DNA of 64,000 bases from Flavobacteriales bacterium (lineage in GTDB: Bacteria > Bacteroidota > Bacteroidia > Flavobacteriales > BACL11), in assembly GCA_018645865.1 (NCBI GenBank), contig JABGVU010000099.1, forward strand, positions 5,291 to 69,290, written 5' to 3'. Both the position numbers and the translations under genes were made by a program. Below the pieces are notes generated by a model. The model was not told the DNA's origin, ran no database searches, and saw only the letters and a program-made list of their open reading frames with translations. This document shows, piece by piece, positions 59,328 through 64,000 of this stretch. The first letter of the stretch is position 1. The number at the start of each line of letters is the position of its first letter.

Positions 59328-60901
59328 AACTCTATTTCATTACCATTTTTATATGCTATTATTAGTGCATTTTCATATCCCATCCTTAACATTCTTTTTT
59401 GATATTTAATTGCATTTTCTAGATTATAGAACATCCCTGCTATATAGGTAGTGCTATTTTCATTAATAGGAATTGTTATTACTTCATCTTCATCAAATAA
59501 AGCTGCAGGAGTGTTATACTCTCCAAATGTTCCAAGTTTTACTCTAAAAATATGTAAATCACTCATGCCAAGCGCTAATTGATCTTGTCTACTAAATGAT
59601 TTTATTAATTCATTCCTGCATTTTTCATAATTCTGTTGTGCTCTAATTGCTTTACTATCTTCATTTTCCTTTTTATAGATGTAGATTAAGTTTTCATGAG
59701 CAGGAAGAAATAACTTATCAGTTTTAATAACTATTTTAAATAGTTTAATTGCTTTACTCATATACTCTGATTTTGTTGCTCCTCTTGAATTAGTAGCAAA
59801 AGTATAATGAGCAACTGCTAGGTTATAGGCCCACTTCTTGTTTTTATAAATTTTAGGAGTTAATTTTCCTAGATGTCTTTTTGATTGTCCTATCCCTCTT
59901 TTATCCCCACTTGCTAAGAAAGCAATTGCTAAGTTTCCTCTTGTAAAATTTAATCCATCATCATTTATTTTTCCTCTTTTAAATTTTTTCTCCGTATTTT
60001 TAAGATGTACCTGTGCAGTTGTATATTCTTTGTTGCTTAAAGCTTTTACACCAAGATTGTACTCTCCAATTCCTTCTTGAATTTGTATCATACTTCTGTC
60101 ATTAATTTTGTTAACTTTATTGAATTGAAGGTGATCATCTTTGCTTAAGATTTTAAGATTTGTAATATCTGGACGCTCCCCTTTTGGGATGAATTTTTTA
60201 TTTTTTTCTTGCTTTTTTATTTTCTGATTGTTAGATGGTTTTGATTTTTGATTTTTTTCAATTAATTTATCTTTAGCTGTTTCCATTCTCTGAATCACTT
60301 TGTCAGCATCTTTTTCATTTCCAGATTTTCTATATATATCTTCAAGAGTTACATATGCTTGGAAATTAAATTCATCTTTTCTTATAATAGAACTAAGGAA
60401 TGATGCTGCTTCAGAAGAATTACCAACTTTATTGTGAGCTATAGCAATATTATACGTCCAATTGTTATTAGAATATATTCTAGAAGTAATTAGGTTTAAG
60501 AAACGTTTACTAAGAGCTAAATCTTCATTATTTCCTGAGTTAGCATAGCATAACGCCATATTAACTCTAATGAAATTTAATCCATCATCACTTAGTTTAG
60601 CTCTTTTATACCTTTTCATTGCGCTTTTGAATTCATTAATAGCAGAAGAATATTCCTTCTTTTTCATTAATTCTACTGCAGTAGAATAATGTGCTTCCGC
60701 TAACTTTGATTGATCAATAGCTCGTTTAGTTAAATTTTTAGGGTTTTCATATTGTAAAATGTCTTTTACATCTGAAATTGGTTCCCATGTATATGCTTTA
60801 AGATTAGATGTGTAAAGTGCTGAGTCTAAGTTACTTGCAGTAATACTAGATGTGAAAATTACTAGTGTAATTACTAATAGGTAAAGAGTCTTTTTTATCA
60901 T
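59324..60901 (-). CDS. Secreted TPR protein with internal duplication and C-terminal SPOR-like domain
   Basis: Signal peptide; two copies of a DDGLNFxRxNxA / WxYNxAxAH unit; tail FRVKLGTF...GYENALIIAYKNG. Confidence 0.75.
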   Translation of the reverse strand: MIKKTLYLLVITLVIFTSSITASNLDSALYTSNLKAYTWEPISDVKDILQYENPKNLTKRAIDQSKLAEAHYSTAVELMKKKEYSSAINEFKSAMKRYKRAKLSDDGLNFIRVNMALCYANSGNNEDLALSKRFLNLITSRIYSNNNWTYNIAIAHNKVGNSSEAASFLSSIIRKDEFNFQAYVTLEDIYRKSGNEKDADKVIQRMETAKDKLIEKNQKSKPSNNQKIKKQEKNKKFIPKGERPDITNLKILSKDDHLQFNKVNKINDRSMIQIQEGIGEYNLGVKALSNKEYTTAQVHLKNTEKKFKRGKINDDGLNFTRGNLAIAFLASGDKRGIGQSKRHLGKLTPKIYKNKKWAYNLAVAHYTFATNSRGATKSEYMSKAIKLFKIVIKTDKLFLPAHENLIYIYKKENEDSKAIRAQQNYEKCRNELIKSFSRQDQLALGMSDLHIFRVKLGTFGEYNTPAALFDEDEVITIPINENSTTYIAGMFYNLENAIKYQKRMLRMGYENALIIAYKNGNEIEF

Positions 60902-60941
60902 TGTTTTATAGTTTTCTATTTTGATTGCAAAGTATGAAAAA

Positions 60942-63900
60942 TTATTGAAGTAATATTTTATGATTTACTATTTGATTATTTACTTTTAAACGTATAAAAT
61001 AAATACCACTTGGAAGATGTGACATATCTAATTTTGATGTAGTTATATTTTTAAATGGAACTTCTTCTCCAATATTGTTAACGATTGATAATTCAGTTAT
61101 TATATCCTCAGAATAAATATTTATTAATCCTGTTGTTGGATTTGGAAAAATTCTGAGATTAGTAGATTGAATACTTGTTGTATTACTAATAAGATCATTT
61201 ACATTGTAAAATGCTGTGTCTGATATGCATCCTATAGTGCTTTCAGCAATAACCCAATATTGTCCATTTGATATTGGTGAAATATTTTGAGTAATTTCAC
61301 TTGTGTTCCAAACATATGAATTTGGTATTCCTCCACTAGATAAATCAGCATTTAGGATATTAGAATTATATGTTATTCCAATTAAAAATGGAATAGGATT
61401 ATTTATGATAGTTATGTCGTTAGAAATTGAACACCCATTTGCATCTGTAACATTAACATTATATATGCCTGGAATAAGATTAGAAATTGATTGAGTAATT
61501 TCTCCATTTGACCATGCAAAATTATATATACCAGTACCTCCCTGTATAGTTGCTTGAGCTAAACCATCATCTCCATTATTATTACAAGTAGTAGTATCTT
61601 GACTTGATAATGTTAAAATAAGTGGGTCAGGCTGGCTAATTGTAATATTATTTACTACTGTAATACATCCATTTCCGTCTGTTAATTGACAACTGTAAGT
61701 TCCAGCACATAAAGGCGGTAAATTATTAATACCCCAATCTTGTGTTACTACTCCAATAGCATTTGTAGGCAAGAAGATTGGTGTTGCATCACATAATCCG
61801 TAACAACTAACATTTGTAGAGTTTATTGTATCTATAATTGCTGTGAATGGTAAAGGATTATTAATAGTGATATTGCTAGTTTGAGAACAGTTATTATTAT
61901 CCTTTACGGCTAAGCTATAATTGCCAGATGAAAGGTTGTTAAAGTTATTATTGCTTTGAAAACTGATACCATTATTTATTGAGAATAAGTATGGTGAAGC
62001 TCCTTGACTTACTAATAAGTTAATAATTCCATTTGATCCATTATGACAACTAATGCTTGAAACTGCTGTTGTTATAATCATTGAGTCAGGGTTTAATAAG
62101 GTAAAGGTATCCCTAACAATACAGCCATTTACATCAGTTATTTGAATATTATGAATTCCTGCACTTAGTACTGTGCTAATATTAGAAGTGCTATTACTCC
62201 ATGTGAAAGAATAAGGTAGTGTTCCTCCATAGGTGTATGCTGTCGATACAGTATTACTATTATAACAAAGTATGCTATCTGAATAAATAGAAACTTCAAG
62301 CTCATTTGGTTGAATTACCTCAAAAATGAAATGTGTTGAATCCCCTGAAGATATTACTGATAAATTATATACTCCTGAACATAAATTAAATATATCTTCA
62401 TCTGTTGAGTTAAATCCATTGGGACCATTCCAATAAGTTGTAAGTGTTGCTAAAGGAGAAAATATAGGATTGATGTAAATTGATCCGTTACAACTGTCAT
62501 AACAACTAGTTGATAGGTTGCTATTTATACTGTCGAAATTAAGTGTTAAAGCCAATGGTTCATCAATCAAATAAACAGAAGAGTCTGAACATCCTAAGGA
62601 GTCAACTACCATAACATTGTACTGACCTGATGTTAAATTATATATTGAGTTAGTATTTCCTCCATTACTCCATGAATAAGAGAAATTTCCATTTCCTCCA
62701 TTTGCCTGCACAGAAATAGCTCCATCATTATTGCCATAAATACTAACATTAGTGAGAGTTAATAATTGAATTGAAACAGGTAATGGTTCAATAATAGATG
62801 AACTAAGATTATTATTACATCCATTGGCATCTGTAACTAATAAGTCATAATTTCCTTCGCATAAGTTTTTGATAGTATCATTAACATTAACTAATCCATT
62901 AGGGTATGTCCAAGTGAAATTATATGGAGGAGTTCCGTCAAATGATGTTGGAATCAATGTTCCATTGCAATCATTATAACATGTTACATTCAAAGAATCA
63001 ATATGTGAGATTAATGCAAAACTAGGCTCCGTAATAAAGAAATTTTGAACTAAGGACGGGCAACCAGAACTGTCCGTTATAGTTAAGGAATAATTTCCAA
63101 CTGATAAAGAGTCGTTAATTGGGAAATTACTTAAAGAAACTCCATTAACATCTGTCCAATAAAAATTATATGGAGCAATTCCATTTGATATTGAATCAAG
63201 AATTATAAATCCATTATTTTGTCCTTTACAACTAATGTTTACTCCATTATAATCTGATAAAGTTGTATGAGCATATAAAGCAGATGGTTCTGATATTATA
63301 ATGCTGTCAATATAAATACAGTTATTTTGATCAATTATTGCAAAAGTTTGGGTGCTTGCATATATATTGTTAATCGATATAGTATCTGAATTTACTGATG
63401 GATTAATTATTGCTCCTGAGATTGAGTATGAAGGAATTCCTCCAGTTATAGTAAAAGATAATGATCCATCATTATATCCATGACAACTAACATTTTCATA
63501 TGTTTCTATCATGTTAATTTGACTAGGTTCAGTAATTGTTACCGGCATATTAAACTGACATCCTAAAGAATCCTCAATTTCTAATAGGTATATCCCTTGA
63601 GATAAACTGTCAATATAAGTAGATTCAGCTACATTATTCCATTTTAAATTAAAGGGTCCAACTCCTCCAATAATTGAAATGTCAATTGATCCATCATTTA
63701 ATCCATTACAAGAAACGGAATAATTATTGTAATCAGATATAGTGTTTATAGTGTAAAGGCTATCATTCTCATTAATAAATATAGAATCTAAAAGTGTACA
63801 GTTGTTATCGTCTAAGATTGTGCAATAGGAAAAGCCTGATGTTAAGTTTGTTGCTATCGAATCTATAGAAATTGTATCTGTCAGAAAGTTTGACCATACT

Positions 63901-64000
63901 AAATTGTATGGAGAAACTCCTCCGGTAACAGATATATTTGCTGCTCCACTGCCTCCATAGCAATCAATAGGATCAATTACACTTAAAGTAGCAGATAATG
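60942..64000 (-). CDS. Large SprB-repeat adhesin-like protein with type A T9SS C-terminal domain (5' truncated by window)
   Basis: Recurrent ITEP...VSCxGxNDG...GGxxPY...W...DxNGC units; C-terminal IFPNPTTG...LPSGIYFIRL; I checked that the frame stays open from 63548 to the window end. Confidence 0.9.
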   Translation of the reverse strand, partial: LSATLSVIDPIDCYGGSGAANISVTGGVSPYNLVWSNFLTDTISIDSIATNLTSGFSYCTILDDNNCTLLDSIFINENDSLYTINTISDYNNYSVSCNGLNDGSIDISIIGGVGPFNLKWNNVAESTYIDSLSQGIYLLEIEDSLGCQFNMPVTITEPSQINMIETYENVSCHGYNDGSLSFTITGGIPSYSISGAIINPSVNSDTISINNIYASTQTFAIIDQNNCIYIDSIIISEPSALYAHTTLSDYNGVNISCKGQNNGFIILDSISNGIAPYNFYWTDVNGVSLSNFPINDSLSVGNYSLTITDSSGCPSLVQNFFITEPSFALISHIDSLNVTCYNDCNGTLIPTSFDGTPPYNFTWTYPNGLVNVNDTIKNLCEGNYDLLVTDANGCNNNLSSSIIEPLPVSIQLLTLTNVSIYGNNDGAISVQANGGNGNFSYSWSNGGNTNSIYNLTSGQYNVMVVDSLGCSDSSVYLIDEPLALTLNFDSINSNLSTSCYDSCNGSIYINPIFSPLATLTTYWNGPNGFNSTDEDIFNLCSGVYNLSVISSGDSTHFIFEVIQPNELEVSIYSDSILCYNSNTVSTAYTYGGTLPYSFTWSNSTSNISTVLSAGIHNIQITDVNGCIVRDTFTLLNPDSMIITTAVSSISCHNGSNGIINLLVSQGASPYLFSINNGISFQSNNNFNNLSSGNYSLAVKDNNNCSQTSNITINNPLPFTAIIDTINSTNVSCYGLCDATPIFLPTNAIGVVTQDWGINNLPPLCAGTYSCQLTDGNGCITVVNNITISQPDPLILTLSSQDTTTCNNNGDDGLAQATIQGGTGIYNFAWSNGEITQSISNLIPGIYNVNVTDANGCSISNDITIINNPIPFLIGITYNSNILNADLSSGGIPNSYVWNTSEITQNISPISNGQYWVIAESTIGCISDTAFYNVNDLISNTTSIQSTNLRIFPNPTTGLINIYSEDIITELSIVNNIGEEVPFKNITTSKLDMSHLPSGIYFIRLKVNNQIVNHKILLQ

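Noticed and set aside
60942..64000. Repeats in the adhesin as a possible DNA repeat array or CRISPR
   Set aside because: Repeats are degenerate and visible only at protein level; no identical direct repeats with spacers

Overview
AT-rich bacterial chromosome segment, almost certainly Bacteroidota of the Flavobacteriales type (gldB/gldC, porP-gldKLMN, T9SS C-terminal domain, TAnnTTTG -7 promoter boxes, Bacteroidota-style dcw cluster). Taxonomy is inferred from gene content. About 1-40 kb is housekeeping DNA: kpsF-tatC-lptB, purS, pssA, lnt, nadE, gldBC, engB, mraZ-to-ftsZ, groESL, secG, lptE, a sigma54 activator, miaB, topA, a ureohydrolase-fold gene and porP-gldKLMN. About 40.4-57.9 kb is a visibly more AT-rich, composite surface-glycan locus with two flippases, two Wzy-like proteins, two initiating transferases, a sulfotransferase, a GNAT-like unknown and a GpsA-like dehydrogenase. 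It also holds three decayed gene relics (ugd, vioA-type aminotransferase, fcl), two of which are absent from the ORF track. The window ends with a RemB/Wzi-like protein, a TPR protein with an internal duplication and SPOR-like tail, and a large SprB-repeat T9SS adhesin running off the edge. No rRNA, tRNA, CRISPR array, transposase or prophage was seen. I found no clear-cut new system. The best candidates are the T9SS motor / sulfated glycan / adhesin neighbourhood, the metal-site-degenerate ureohydrolase in front of the T9SS operon, and the palindromic miaB-topA intergenic region. All functional calls come from motif recognition by eye, without database searches.
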